Assembly (NCBI GenBank): GCA_963736855.1
Contig: CAVTQK010000013.1
Span: forward strand, 32,001 to 96,000
From: an uncultured delta proteobacterium
GTDB taxonomy: Bacteria > Desulfobacterota > Desulfobacteria > Desulfobacterales > UBA2156
Direction of reading: 5' to 3'
DNA length: 64,000 bases
The notes beneath the pieces were generated by a model. The model was given only the letters and a program-made list of their open reading frames with translations. It had not been told where the DNA came from and did not search any database. The position numbers and the translations under genes are program-made. Shown here in pieces: positions 30,333 to 41,092 of the stretch (its first letter is position 1; every line of letters starts with the position of its first letter).

Positions 30333-31551
30333 TCACATGCCTTTCAAGGAATCCAAAGCGTCAATGACGGCCTTGGCAAATTCCGGGTCGTTGATGGGGT
30401 ACGGCAAAAGACTTAAAGGAATTTTTTCATTCAGATATTTTTGCAAGGTATCGGCAAACCGTTGCGGACCTTCGGGATCGTGGAGAGGGCCTTCTTTTGC
30501 GTCAAAGGCGGAAAAGCCACCCATGGGAATACAGGATTTTTACCGGGCTGGTCGCGTCGTTGCAAGATTTCGCAATGGTTTTCGCCAGCATTTCCAGCTC
30601 ATCTCGAGTGGTTCGAACAACGGTGATGGCCGCGTTATGAACATGATAGGGGCGATCGGGGAATCGGAGACGGGCGGTTTCCAGGGGGCCGGTGACCAGA
30701 AAGTCGATGTTTCCCGGTACCAGGATCGTCGGCACCTGATTCTTTATGGCGGTTTTCCCTCGATCCGGTCCGGCATCATAATCGCCGCCGAAATGATGAT
30801 CCGCAATTTCGTGAAGTGAAAGATCCACCAGGGCCGTCACTTTCTCTTGCTTAATCATCTCTTCCATGGACTTTCCGCCGGATCCCACCGTATGAAAAGT
30901 GACGACTTCACACCCTTGGCTCTCCAGGGTCCTGCGGACATGCTGGGCGCAAGCTTCGGTGGTGCCCAGCGTCGAAATAAAAACCAATGGTTTTTCAACC
31001 TTTTCATCCGAAACCGGGCATTTCAACATACCGGCCAGCGCCGCGGCGCCGTTGCGCAATATCTTTCTGGTCACTCGATTCAGGCCTGAAAGATCGCACA
31101 CCGAATGCAACATCAGGATGTCTTTCGTCCCCACGAAGGCGCGGGTGTCCCGGGAGGCCATGGTGGAAATCATCACCTTGGGAATGCCGACAGGCAAGGA
31201 CCGCATCACCGCCGTTCCCAGGGTCGTTCCCATGGACCCCCCCAGGCCGATGACACCCTGGAATCGGTCCTGTTGAAATAGTTCCGACGCGATCTTGACG
31301 GCACCCCGTGTCATGACCTCCAGGGCTTTTCCTTCATGACCGAGGGTCTGGACCTCGGCCAGCGGCTTTCCGCCGGCCCGGGCCACATCGATCCGGTGGA
31401 TATCCACAGGGACCGGACTTTCTCCCCGGATTCCGGCATCCATGATCAGCACCGATACACCGGCTTCCTCTAGATACGATTTGATGAAAAGGGCTTCTCA
31501 GCCCTTGGTATCCATGGTGGCAACCAGCAGGGCGTTTCCGGAATCCTTCAA
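30333..31551 (-). pseudogene. Tm-1-like ATP-binding protein (UPF0261), in-frame stop at 31498-31500 and frameshift near 30525
   Basis: ATMDTKG*EA, GGSMGT, LP.G.PKVM.ST, SV.D.SGLN, FHTVGSGG, P.GGFS and INDPEFA motifs; TTG start with GAGGAG RBS. Confidence 0.8.
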
Positions 31552-31617
31552 GGGAATCTCCTCAAGATGAAATCGGCATTTTTCGCCATTGGAATTTTTC
31601 TATTCTTTAATTCTTTT

Positions 31618-32481
31618 TTATTCCTCGGACACCAGACAGGCTTCCCAGCCGAGCATGGCTTTTTTCCGCGCCGGGCCGCCGCCGTAGTTACCGAATTCAG
31701 CCGTCTTTCGCACCACCCGGTGGCAGGGGATGATGAAAGAGACAGGGTTCTTGCCGACGGCGTTTCCTACGGCTCGCACTGCCTTGGGAAATCCGATGGA
31801 AATCGCGATGTCCTCGTAGGATACGACTGTGCCCATCGGAATCCGCAGCAACGCCTCCCATACTTTGATCTGAAAGTTCGTCCCTGCGATCATCACCGGA
31901 ATCGGGTTCGACCGCCGCCACAGCGACGGGTCGAAGATACGCACCACCAGCGGTCTTGTATCGGCCGGGTTTTCGATCAGACGGGCGTTCTTCCAGGCGT
32001 TCCGGAATTCTGCCAGAAGACCGACTTGATCACCGTCGCGCAAAAAAACAAGCCAGCAAATTCCGCGCCCGGTGCGGGCTAGGAGGCATCGGCCGAAAGG
32101 GCTGTCATGAAACCCATAGTCGATCACAAGGCCCTTGCCTTTGGATTTGAACTCCCCGGGGGTTACCGCCTCGCAGGCGACAAAGAGATCGTGCAGACGG
32201 CCGGGGCCTGAGAGTCCTGCATCGTAAGCGGCATCAAGCACATTGGACGATCGGGAGAGAAGCCCTTTCACGTACTCCTTGGTCAGAAACTGCAGGAACC
32301 GCTTGGGGCTGATCCCGACCCAACTGCTGAAAAGACGCTGGAAGTGGAACTCGCTTAAGTTCACATGGGCTGCAATTTCCTTCAGATCCGGCTGGCGGTC
32401 AAAGTGGGTTTCAATGAAGACGATGGCCTTTTCAATCCGCTCATAATCGCGGCGGGACCGGGAAAAATCATTGACTTTCAT
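31618..32481 (-). CDS. AraC-type HTH / methylated-DNA-protein-cysteine methyltransferase (Ada-like)
   Basis: HFQRLF...GISPK HTH; GTNFQ.KVW, RAVGNAVGKNP and PCHRV active site. Confidence 0.92.
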   Translation of the reverse strand: MKVNDFSRSRRDYERIEKAIVFIETHFDRQPDLKEIAAHVNLSEFHFQRLFSSWVGISPKRFLQFLTKEYVKGLLSRSSNVLDAAYDAGLSGPGRLHDLFVACEAVTPGEFKSKGKGLVIDYGFHDSPFGRCLLARTGRGICWLVFLRDGDQVGLLAEFRNAWKNARLIENPADTRPLVVRIFDPSLWRRSNPIPVMIAGTNFQIKVWEALLRIPMGTVVSYEDIAISIGFPKAVRAVGNAVGKNPVSFIIPCHRVVRKTAEFGNYGGGPARKKAMLGWEACLVSEE

Positions 32482-32605
32482 TCCGGAGTTCCTCGTTTGA
32501 GAATATGAATTGCCCCTGTTGCCATTTTTTCAAGGCTATTATACACATCTTAGAAAATGCCGCCACCCGATTCTTGCGAACTTTCACCTCTGCAGACAAT
32601 GAGGT

Positions 32606-33373
32606 ATGACCATGATGACCCGAACCAAAAAATATCAAGCCCTTATCTCTTCGGACTGGAGCGAGTGTCTATCCCCTTCCGGACCTTTTGACTTCATCGA
32701 ATTCAATTTCCCATCGACGGCACCCGCGCTGAGGGAGATCTTTCGAAGCTACACGGGCAATATCATTTCCCTGGGAGAAGCCTGCCGCCGCATCAAGGCG
32801 CTTCTGCCGACACCGGTAACACCCGATATGATGGATGCCTATCTGGATCAATCTTTTTCCGCCTACCGCGGTGTGCCGGAGTTGATCCAGTGGTGCTTGA
32901 GCCGCGACATTTTGTTCATGATCAACACCACGGCGATGATCGGTTACTTCCAGCGAATTTTCGCAAAGAACCTGCTGCCGCGAGTGCCGGTTTTATCGGC
33001 CAACGCCCTCTTGCGGTATCCTTCCTCGACGACCGATCCGGAAGTCATTCTTGAACTCTCCGAGACATCGGACAAGGGAATAAACACCAACGCCATCGCC
33101 CAAAAATTCGGGGCACCGCAAGCCAAGATCGTCGTGATGGGCGACAGCGGCGGAGACGGGCCGCACTTCGAGTGGGGAAGGCAGGCAGGCGCTTTTCGAA
33201 TCGGGAGCATGACCAAACATTCCCTGACGACCTATTGTCGCAATAAAAACATCCCCATCGATCTACGTTTCGGGGTATCTTACGCGGAAGGGGAAGTGCG
33301 GGATATGGAAAAAGAAAAGCGGTTCAACTTCATGGACCTTGTCGGACCGCTTCAATCCCTCTTGAAACGATAG
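32606..33373 (+). CDS. HAD-superfamily-like hypothetical protein
   Basis: SSDWSECL (motif I-like), Y.GV.EL, K, and MGDSGGD (motif IV). Confidence 0.6.
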   Translation: MTMMTRTKKYQALISSDWSECLSPSGPFDFIEFNFPSTAPALREIFRSYTGNIISLGEACRRIKALLPTPVTPDMMDAYLDQSFSAYRGVPELIQWCLSRDILFMINTTAMIGYFQRIFAKNLLPRVPVLSANALLRYPSSTTDPEVILELSETSDKGINTNAIAQKFGAPQAKIVVMGDSGGDGPHFEWGRQAGAFRIGSMTKHSLTTYCRNKNIPIDLRFGVSYAEGEVRDMEKEKRFNFMDLVGPLQSLLKR

Positions 33374-33482
33374 CATCATCCATATGGCATGACGATGAAA
33401 CCGGTACACCGGGGTCGGGAGGGGGCATCCCGCTGTTGATGAAGGTTGCCGGAGCCGTTTTCATCTGCAAGAGCGAATCTTT

Positions 33483-34334
33483 TCATCCGCCGCATTGATT
33501 TAGAACACGATCCCGGTAATCCGGGTTCAGCGAAAGGATTTGGCGCGCTTCTTCGGGGGTCGCGATCTCGCGCCCGATCTCCCGGGCAATGCGGACGATT
33601 TTCTCCACCAGAAGCGGATTGGATGCCGGTGAACCATCCGGCATGATCAGATTATCTTCCAATCCCAGCCGGACATGGCTTCCCATGGCAATTGCGGTTG
33701 TGGAAAGCGGGATTTCCGCTTTCCCGATCCCTGCAACCGACCAGGTAGAACCGGACGGAATGCTTTCCGAGAGAAACACGAGATTCTTGATAGTTCCGGG
33801 CATAGCGCCCGGAGCACCCAGGACGAAGTCGAAATGCAAGGGGGGCTGAATGTAGCCCTTCTTTTGCAGGAACAAAGCGTTGGCAATCATACCGGTTTCG
33901 AAGACCTCGATCTCGGGTTTCACGCCGGTTTCCTGATACACCCCCGCCAGAAATTCGATAAATTGCGGCGAGTTCTCATAGACAATACCGGGCAGATTGT
34001 TGGAGCCCGTGGTAAAGGACCCCATCTCCGGAAGCAGTCTGACCGGATTGACCCGGGCCTCCCAGTCCTTTCCGGCACGACCGCCGGTGGAAAGTTGGAT
34101 GATAACATCCGGCGCCGCTTTCTTGATGGCACGCACATTGGCCTTATAAATTTCGATGTCCAAAGTCGGCTTCTGATCCTTATCCCGTGCATGGACATGA
34201 AACAGGGAAGCCCCTGCGTCACGGCAACGCCTGACATCCTCAGCAATCTCCGCGGGTGTAATCGGAAGGTTCGGATTCATCTGTTTGGTGGGGACATTCC
34301 CCGTCAAGGCAACTGTGATGACCAGTTTTTCCAT
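33483..34334 (-). CDS. 3-keto-5-aminohexanoate cleavage enzyme family (BKACE, DUF849)
   Basis: ITVALTG, P.LP.TP.EIA, HVHAR, STGG, KPEIEVF and HVRLGLEDN motifs. Confidence 0.92.
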   Translation of the reverse strand: MEKLVITVALTGNVPTKQMNPNLPITPAEIAEDVRRCRDAGASLFHVHARDKDQKPTLDIEIYKANVRAIKKAAPDVIIQLSTGGRAGKDWEARVNPVRLLPEMGSFTTGSNNLPGIVYENSPQFIEFLAGVYQETGVKPEIEVFETGMIANALFLQKKGYIQPPLHFDFVLGAPGAMPGTIKNLVFLSESIPSGSTWSVAGIGKAEIPLSTTAIAMGSHVRLGLEDNLIMPDGSPASNPLLVEKIVRIAREIGREIATPEEARQILSLNPDYRDRVLNQCGG

Positions 34335-34380
34335 CGCATGTACCTCAAACACGCGGACTTTGCGCCGCGGTTTTTAAATC

Positions 34381-34508
34381 AAACCCACATTGAGCGATTT
34401 TCGAATTTATCGCAGATGCAAGGCGTCCGGAAGCGAAGGCGTACAATTCGTACGTCGAGCTTTCGGCAACGTAGCAGATGCGGTGAAATAGGAAATCCCA
34501 AAGGGTTT
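34381..34508. repeat. Intergenic palindromic repeat element
   Basis: Imperfect inverted termini AAACCC..GATTTTCGAATTTATCGCA / TGCGGTGAAATAGGAAATC..GGGTTT. Core CAGATGCAAGGCG...AGGCGTAC...GTACG...GCAGATG is shared with the element at 40280. Confidence 0.6.
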
Positions 34509-34646
34509 TCAATTTGGCAAATAATTCCACTGCATGCCTTTTATGGTACACCCGATGGGTGGGTAATTGGAGTGGTCAACTCCGTTCCAACACAAAGATA
34601 TTCAAACACAATCCTTTCTTGCCAGATTGAAAACGATCAATTTAGG

Positions 34647-36025
34647 TCAAAGGTTTTTCTCCGCACAGACCTCGGCGATTGCCGCGTCGAGGATCTCTAC
34701 CAATTGATCGATTTGCTCCTCGGTGATGATGAAAGGCGGAGCAAGCAGGATGTGGTCCCCGCGGATACCGTCTGCTACCGCCGCCGCCGGGGTATGTGAT
34801 GAGTCCTTTTTCGAAGGCGCGATTCCCGATGGCCGCGTTGAGTTTGAGCTTCGGATCGAAAGGCTTTTTGGTTTTGCGGTTTTTAACGAACTCCACGCCA
34901 GCCATCAACCCCAGTCCGCGGACATCGCCGACGATGGGATGTCGATACAGGTCATTCAACTTCTTCAGCAAGTACTCCCCCATGACTGCGCAATGTTTCA
35001 CCAAATCATGCTCCCGGATGTAGTCCAGTACAGCGGAGGCGATCGAACAGGAAAGCGGATTCTGACTGTAGGTATGCCCATGGATGAAGACGCCGTTGCC
35101 TTCCTTGATGGCCTTATGTATAGCCTCCTTGGTAACGACGCAGTAAATGGGTGTATAGCCGCTGGCCAGACCTTTACTTCCCACCAGCATGTCCGGAACC
35201 ACCCCCCAGTGGTCGACGGCGAAATGCTTTCCGGTTCGCCCGACTCCGGACATGACCTCATCGACAATCAACAGAACATCGTAGCGGTCGCAGATTTCGC
35301 GGATCCTCTGGAAATACCCGTCACGGGGCACCAGGGCCCCGGCAGTAGCTCCCACCACCGGCTCGGCCATGAACGCCGACACCGAATCCGGACCTTCGTA
35401 GAGGATGGCTTTCTCCAGATCATCGGCGCATTCCAACTGACAGGAAACAGGGCTTGCGGCCGAACGGGCACCGATAGCAATACGCAGGCGCGATATGGGG
35501 GGTATGCTGCATGAGGGGAAGGTAGTATTTGCGGCGCCCCGTATGACCGCTGAGGGCCAGAGCCCCCAGGGTGTTTCCATGGTAGCTGGTCCAACGCGAA
35601 ATCACCTTGTATTTCGACGGCACCCCGCGATCGACCTGGTATTGGCGTGCCATCTTGACGGCGGTTTCGACGGCCTCCGACCCTCCGGAAAGGAAATACA
35701 CGCGCTCCAGGCCGGGCGGCGAGATGTCCACGATCTTTTGTGCCAGCTCGACGGCGGCTTCGCTGGTGAATTGGGAGCCGTGGGCAAAGGCGATACGGGA
35801 AGCCTGCTTGAGCATGACATCCTGAATTTCCCGGACTCCATGCCCGATGGAAACCACTACCGCTCCCCCGGACCCATCCATGTAGCGACGTCCCTCGGTG
35901 TCGAAAATATAGATCCCCTCGGCCCTTTCGGCCGTCGGGTAAAACTTGTTCACGTTCCGATAAAAAACATGGTCCTTCATGATCTTAGGCCCGGGCATCT
36001 GGAATTCCTCCCCACTGATCCGCAT
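34647..36025 (-). CDS. Class III PLP aminotransferase, frameshifts near 35450 and 34776 (likely sequencing errors)
   Basis: DGSGGA, SGGSEAVETA.K, SYHGNT, AEPVVG, DEVMSG.GRTG, KGLASGY.P, HGHTY, RGLGL; C-terminus DHILLAPPFII in another frame. Confidence 0.88.
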
Positions 36026-36085
36026 GGATAACCCTGCTGTTGCAACTGCAGGGATAATTTTTTCAGTTACCGATAACCGATTGAA

Positions 36086-38090
36086 TCAATTTACAGGCAG
36101 CATCGGTTGATTATGTGTTTCCTTTCTCTTTGGTTTGGTTTTGCGATATTGAAAAATCGTCAGAAGGCCCATGATGCCCAAGCCGGTTACGTCGGTGAGG
36201 GTGGCCGGGTCGATGAGCATCAGACCTGCAGCCAGTGCGGCGATTCTTTCCCACCAGTTCATATGGGTCCAATACCAGCCCTCAACCGCAGCGCCCACTC
36301 CGATCATTCCGACTACCGAGGTGATCACCATCTGCACCACCAGATAGATATTGGCGTCAACCAGCACTAGGGCTGGGCTGAAAACGAAGATATATGGAAC
36401 GATGAACGCCGCGATGGCAATTTTACTGGCATAGACTCCTGTCCACCAAGGATTTGATTTGGCGATGGCTGCTCCGGCCATCGCCGCCAATGCGACCGGA
36501 GGGCGTAATGTCGGCAACGATGCCGAAGTAAAACGTAAACATATGAGCGGCTATGAGCGGCGTACCGAGCTTGACCAGGGCCGGTGCCGCAACGGTGGAT
36601 GTAATGACATAATTCGCAGTAGTGGGAGCGCCCATCCCCAAAAGGAGCGAGGTAATCATCGTGAAAAACAGGGTCGGGAGCAGCATACCGCCGGCAAGGG
36701 CAATCAGACCGTCGCCCATCTTGAGACCCAGCCCCGTCAGCGTCACCACTCCCACGATAATTCCGGCTGAAGCACAGGCAACCGCAACACCTAAAGCGCT
36801 GCGGGCGCCGGCTTCAAGGGTATCGAGGAGTTTTTTCCAATTCAGGCGCGTTTCCTTCCGAAACATGCCGACCAGCACGCACAGCCCCAAGCCGGACATG
36901 GCGGCCCGCATGGGCGTCGCACCCTCTAGCAGGAAGTAAATGATACCGACCAGAGGCAAGATCAAGTAGCTGCGTTCTTTCATCACTTTTACGAGATTCG
37001 GTAGCTTATCGCGTGAAAGGCCTTTCAGGCCGCATTTCTTGGCCTCAAAGTGAACCACCACGAAAACCCCCGTAAAATATAGAAGCGCCGGTATGATTGC
37101 CGCCTTGGCGATCTCGATGTAAGGCATGCCGATGAATTCCGCCATGAGAAACGCCGCAGCTCCCATAATTGGGGGCATGATCTGGCCGCCTGTAGAAGCC
37201 GCCGCTTCCACGGCGCCGGCAAACTCCGCTTTATAGCCGAGGCGCTTCATCAAGGGGATCGTGAAGCTGCCGGAACCCACCGTGTTGGCCACGGAGCTTC
37301 CCGAAACCGTCCCCTCTAAAGCGCTGGCGATGACGGCGATCTTAGCCGGGCCTCCGGAAGCCCATCCGGCTACGGCATAAGCAAGATCCATGAAAAACTC
37401 CATGACACCGGTACTCATGAGAAAGGATCCAAACAGGATAAACAAGAAAATAAAGTTGGCCGATACCCCCAAGGGAACGCCGAGGATCCCCTCGGTGGTA
37501 AACCACATATGCGTGGCGATGCGCTTGAGGTCATAGCCGCGGTGGCTTAAAAACCCCGGAAAATAGTCGCCCAGGAAAGCATACACCAGGAAAAGACCGG
37601 CGATGATGACGATGGGCAAACCCACGATCCGCCGGGTCGCTTCCAGGGTCAAGAGAATGCCTGTGACAGCTATCGCGTAATCCATGTTTGAATAAAGCCC
37701 TGCGCTTTCCATCAAGTCTTCATAGTTGATGATGGAATACAGCGTCGCGGTTATACTGATTGCGCACAGCATAAGATCCACCGGGTGGGGTGTTTGTTTT
37801 CCTTTTCTCTTTTTAAAGGGGTACAGGATAAACACGAGGGCAAGGGCGAACATGAGATGCGTCGGGCGCTGAATCTGGGCTTCGAATACTCCGAAAAGGC
37901 CTGTATAGAGCTGGAATAAGGAGAAGAGAATGGCGATCAGTTTGGTAATCGGGATCCATAGACCCGTCAATTTGAGATACCGGGATTCAGGGTCGAACTT
38001 TTCTAAAACCTGCTCGATGTTTACCGAATCATCCGCTCGAAATTCCGGTCGGCCGCCATCGCCTTCCGGTGGTTTTTCTAGCGAGGCCAT
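36086..38090 (-). CDS. TAXI-TRAP fused 4TM/12TM permease, frameshift near 36502
   Basis: GGPAK, GSSVAN, ASTGGQIMPPIMGAAAF, LGMG.PTTA.Y; ADITP|PVALA spans the two ORFs. Confidence 0.9.
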
Positions 38091-38196
38091 ATCACCTCTC
38101 TTGGGAATTCGCCGCCTGCCTGAGCGGATTCCTTCATCTTATCGAAGAATTGAATGCCGGCACCGGCCGGCGGCGAATGAATCCGATTGAGAATTG

Positions 38197-39174
38197 CTAC
38201 TTCATCAATCCTTTTTCCTTCAAATACTTTTGCGCGCCCGGATGAATGGGAACCGCAATGCCTGCAATCGCATTGGCCGGGTCGATGTATTTTCCCGCGG
38301 CATGACCCTGGGCAATGGCCGCTCGTTCTTCCAGAAACACCTTAGTCATCTTGTAGACCAGATCCTCAGGGATATCGTTTCGGACGAGGAGGCTCGAATA
38401 GACGGCAATGGTCTTCACGGGCTCGGCCTGGCCCTGGTAGGAGTTGACCGCAATTTCAAAACGGGCGTATAAGGGAAATTCTTTTTTGACTTTGGCAAAG
38501 ATTTGGTCATCGATCTCCAGGAACCTGACGGGGTGCATGACATTGATATCCTGGAGGGCGGCGTTCGGTACCGCCACCACAAAATACGCCGCATCGATCA
38601 GTTTGTCTTTAAAATGGTCCGCCGCCTCCGAGTAGGAAAGATACAGGGGCTTGAACGCATCTTTATTCTTGTAGTCCAGGCCATAAAGACCCAGGATCTG
38701 GCGTGCGCTGATCTCCGTGCCGCTTCCCGGAGGGCCCACGGATACTTTTTTACCCTTGAAATCGGCGATCGTCTTGATGTCGCTGTCTTTGCGGGTGAAA
38801 ATCTGAATCACGTCAGGGTAGACATTGGCAATGGCCGAGTAGTTGGTGTATTGCTCATTCTTGGCTTTAAACGCCTCAAGACCCTTCTGCCCGTAGTAAG
38901 CGATGTCGTTCATGCAGATGGCGACTTCGGCACCCTTGCTCCCGAGAAGACGCACATTTTCCAGCGACCCGCCCGTCGCCTGGACTGTCACGTTCAGCCC
39001 GGGGACTTTCTGGTTCCACACCTGGGCAATGGCCCCTCCGAGCGGATAAAACGTCCCGGACACGCCTCCGGTTGCAAAAAGAAGCTTGGCGTCACCACAG
39101 AGACCTTGCCCCGCCATGAACAGACAAGAAAATACGACCAATAATGCCGATACGATGGAAATCTTTTTCCTCAT
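38197..39174 (-). CDS. TAXI family TRAP substrate-binding protein
   Basis: Signal peptide; ATGGVSGTFYPLG, TGGSLEN, G.PGSGT and P.HPGA..Y motifs. Confidence 0.92.
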   Translation of the reverse strand: MRKKISIVSALLVVFSCLFMAGQGLCGDAKLLFATGGVSGTFYPLGGAIAQVWNQKVPGLNVTVQATGGSLENVRLLGSKGAEVAICMNDIAYYGQKGLEAFKAKNEQYTNYSAIANVYPDVIQIFTRKDSDIKTIADFKGKKVSVGPPGSGTEISARQILGLYGLDYKNKDAFKPLYLSYSEAADHFKDKLIDAAYFVVAVPNAALQDINVMHPVRFLEIDDQIFAKVKKEFPLYARFEIAVNSYQGQAEPVKTIAVYSSLLVRNDIPEDLVYKMTKVFLEERAAIAQGHAAGKYIDPANAIAGIAVPIHPGAQKYLKEKGLMK

Positions 39175-39260
39175 AATAATAACCTCCTGGTTTGGTGGGA
39201 ATAACGGCGGACAAATGTTTTTCCTTTCACCCCCCTTCTTTTTAGTTTTATCCGCCTCAT

Positions 39261-40112
39261 TTAGCTTTCATGGTAAATTTTACGACTTTGCCAAAATTCT
39301 TCGAGTTTTTTCAGAGCTTCCAAGGTCGATTCTTTTTGAAAAAGCCCCAGAGCGATGATTACGGCATTGATCAGGCTTAAGGGAGCAACGAACGATTCGA
39401 TGAAGGAGTCCATCTTACATCGGGCCGTCAGTACGTGGTCAGCCAGTTGTGCCAGGGGTGAAATGGGGCTGTCTGTAATTGCAAGGGTTTTGATTCCAGT
39501 TTTTTTGGCGAAACGAAGCGCCTCGACGGTATCCCGGGTGTATCGCCGAAAACTGATCGCCAGCAGGACATCCCCTTCCCTCAGTCCCAGCAATCGGTCC
39601 CACATGTCTCCGATTCCCGGCGTGACAATCCAGACGTCACGCTGCAGAAATTCCAGTGCGACTCCCATTAAGACCGCCAACGAATGCGCGCTTCGAAGAC
39701 CCACGATCACTGTGCGTTTGGCCGAATGGATCGCATCGACAAACCGTCTGAAATCTTCCGGGAAGACCTGGTTCATCGTCTCATGGATGTTTTCGGCATC
39801 CTGTTGCAAAACTTTGAACAGGACATTTTCTTCATCAGCTTCCTTTTGGGCTGCCTTCTGGAGTCGAGAGACCGTCGTCAATTTATCCCTGAAAAGCCTC
39901 CTGAGTTCCTGCTGAAACTCCGGGAAACCGGTATACCCGAGTGATTTTGCGAGTCGGACCACGGTTGCCACACTCACGTTGACCCGAATGGCAAGATCCT
40001 TAATCGTCAGAAATACGGCTTCTTCGTCATTGGCCAGGATGTAATTCAGGAGCTTTTTTTGGGAAGACGTCAGGTTCTGTTCTTTTTCCTTCAGGAGTCG
40101 ACTGTATGTCAT
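39261..40112 (-). CDS. RpiR/MurR family transcriptional regulator
   Basis: LT.SQ.K...YIL, VS.ATVVR.AK.LGY.GF HTH; SIS domain ISF.RY and AITD...SPL. Confidence 0.93.
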   Translation of the reverse strand: MTYSRLLKEKEQNLTSSQKKLLNYILANDEEAVFLTIKDLAIRVNVSVATVVRLAKSLGYTGFPEFQQELRRLFRDKLTTVSRLQKAAQKEADEENVLFKVLQQDAENIHETMNQVFPEDFRRFVDAIHSAKRTVIVGLRSAHSLAVLMGVALEFLQRDVWIVTPGIGDMWDRLLGLREGDVLLAISFRRYTRDTVEALRFAKKTGIKTLAITDSPISPLAQLADHVLTARCKMDSFIESFVAPLSLINAVIIALGLFQKESTLEALKKLEEFWQSRKIYHES

Positions 40113-40158
40113 TGAAAATAATTTTTCTTAATATTTTTAAATTGTAATTTTTTTTACA
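40113..40158. promoter_or_regulatory. Putative RpiR-family operator boxes
   Basis: TGAAAATAATTTTTCT (40113-40128) and palindrome TGTAA-T6-TTACA (40143-40158) directly upstream of the regulator. Confidence 0.4.
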
Positions 40159-40279
40159 TTATCCTAAAATCTTTTGTCAAGTTGAAATTTCGTAATTCCC
40201 GATCCGCCGATTACAGATACGCCACCGCCGTCGGTTTCGTAATTGATCTTTTAACCAACGATTCGATATGGTATAAATT

Positions 40280-40432
40280 GATGACTTCGTAAAAAGTCCA
40301 TCTGATGCATTGCACTGCATCCTTCGTCATTACGGCGTACCTATATTTACGCCTTATTCCTCAGGATTTGCGCGCCTTGCATCTGAAGCTTTTTACTTTG
40401 CCAAACTAATTTTGAGTTTTTACGATTTCATC
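40280..40432. mobile_element. MITE-like element with the same termini but a different core
   Basis: GATGACTTCGTAAAAAG ... GTTTTTACGATTTCATC termini; core related to the 34381 repeat. Confidence 0.7.
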
Positions 40433-40576
40433 ATAGATTAAGCTGAAAATTTTTTCCGATTTCATTTAACGCCGGTTCCCATTCAATTGCCGGTCTTTTT
40501 TGACAATATTAGAAAATCCGATGCGATCTTTGGATATCACAGGGCACCATCGATATTTCCGTTTTATCATAAATGA

Positions 40577-41083
40577 ATGGAAATACTTGTGACGACTATC
40601 TCGTATGATTCTCTGAAAAAACACTCTTATCCGAGCAACCGTCGTTTGGCCGGCTTTACTCTCATTGAACTCATGATGGTTGTGGCCATTATTGGAACGC
40701 TCGCGGGGATTGCCGTTCCCATGTACATCCGATACATCAACAACGCACGATTGGCTGAGGGGATATCGGAAATTCGGAATCTGGAACTGGAGATAGAGAT
40801 CTACCGATTGGACAATGACCGTTTGCCCTCAAGTCTAAACGATATCGGACGCCAGAACCTGACAGATCCCTGGGGCCGTCCGTACGAATATGCCAATCAT
40901 TCCCTTATCCCTCCCGGGAAAAGGAGAAAATTTCACGGAACGGTTCCTTTAAATCTCGACTATGATCTTTTCAGTACGGGTACCGACGGACAATGGGTGC
41001 CTCCTTTGACGGCAAAACAAAGCCGGGATGACATCGTCAGGGCCGATGACGGCGGGTATATCGGATTGGCTTCTCAATATTAG
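40577..41083 (+). CDS. Prepilin-type N-terminal cleavage/methylation protein (GspG-like pseudopilin)
   Basis: G|FTLIELMMVVAIIG.LA, DPWGRPY, DYDLFS.G.DG and SRDDIVRA motifs. Confidence 0.9.
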   Translation: MEILVTTISYDSLKKHSYPSNRRLAGFTLIELMMVVAIIGTLAGIAVPMYIRYINNARLAEGISEIRNLELEIEIYRLDNDRLPSSLNDIGRQNLTDPWGRPYEYANHSLIPPGKRRKFHGTVPLNLDYDLFSTGTDGQWVPPLTAKQSRDDIVRADDGGYIGLASQY

Positions 41084-41092
41084 CGACTTGAA

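Noticed and set aside
31498..31500. In-frame TGA in the Tm-1-like gene (DTKG*EA) as a second selenocysteine
   Set aside because: The position is not a conserved Cys in this family, no convincing SECIS hairpin follows, and the gene has another lesion. A nonsense change or base error is more likely.
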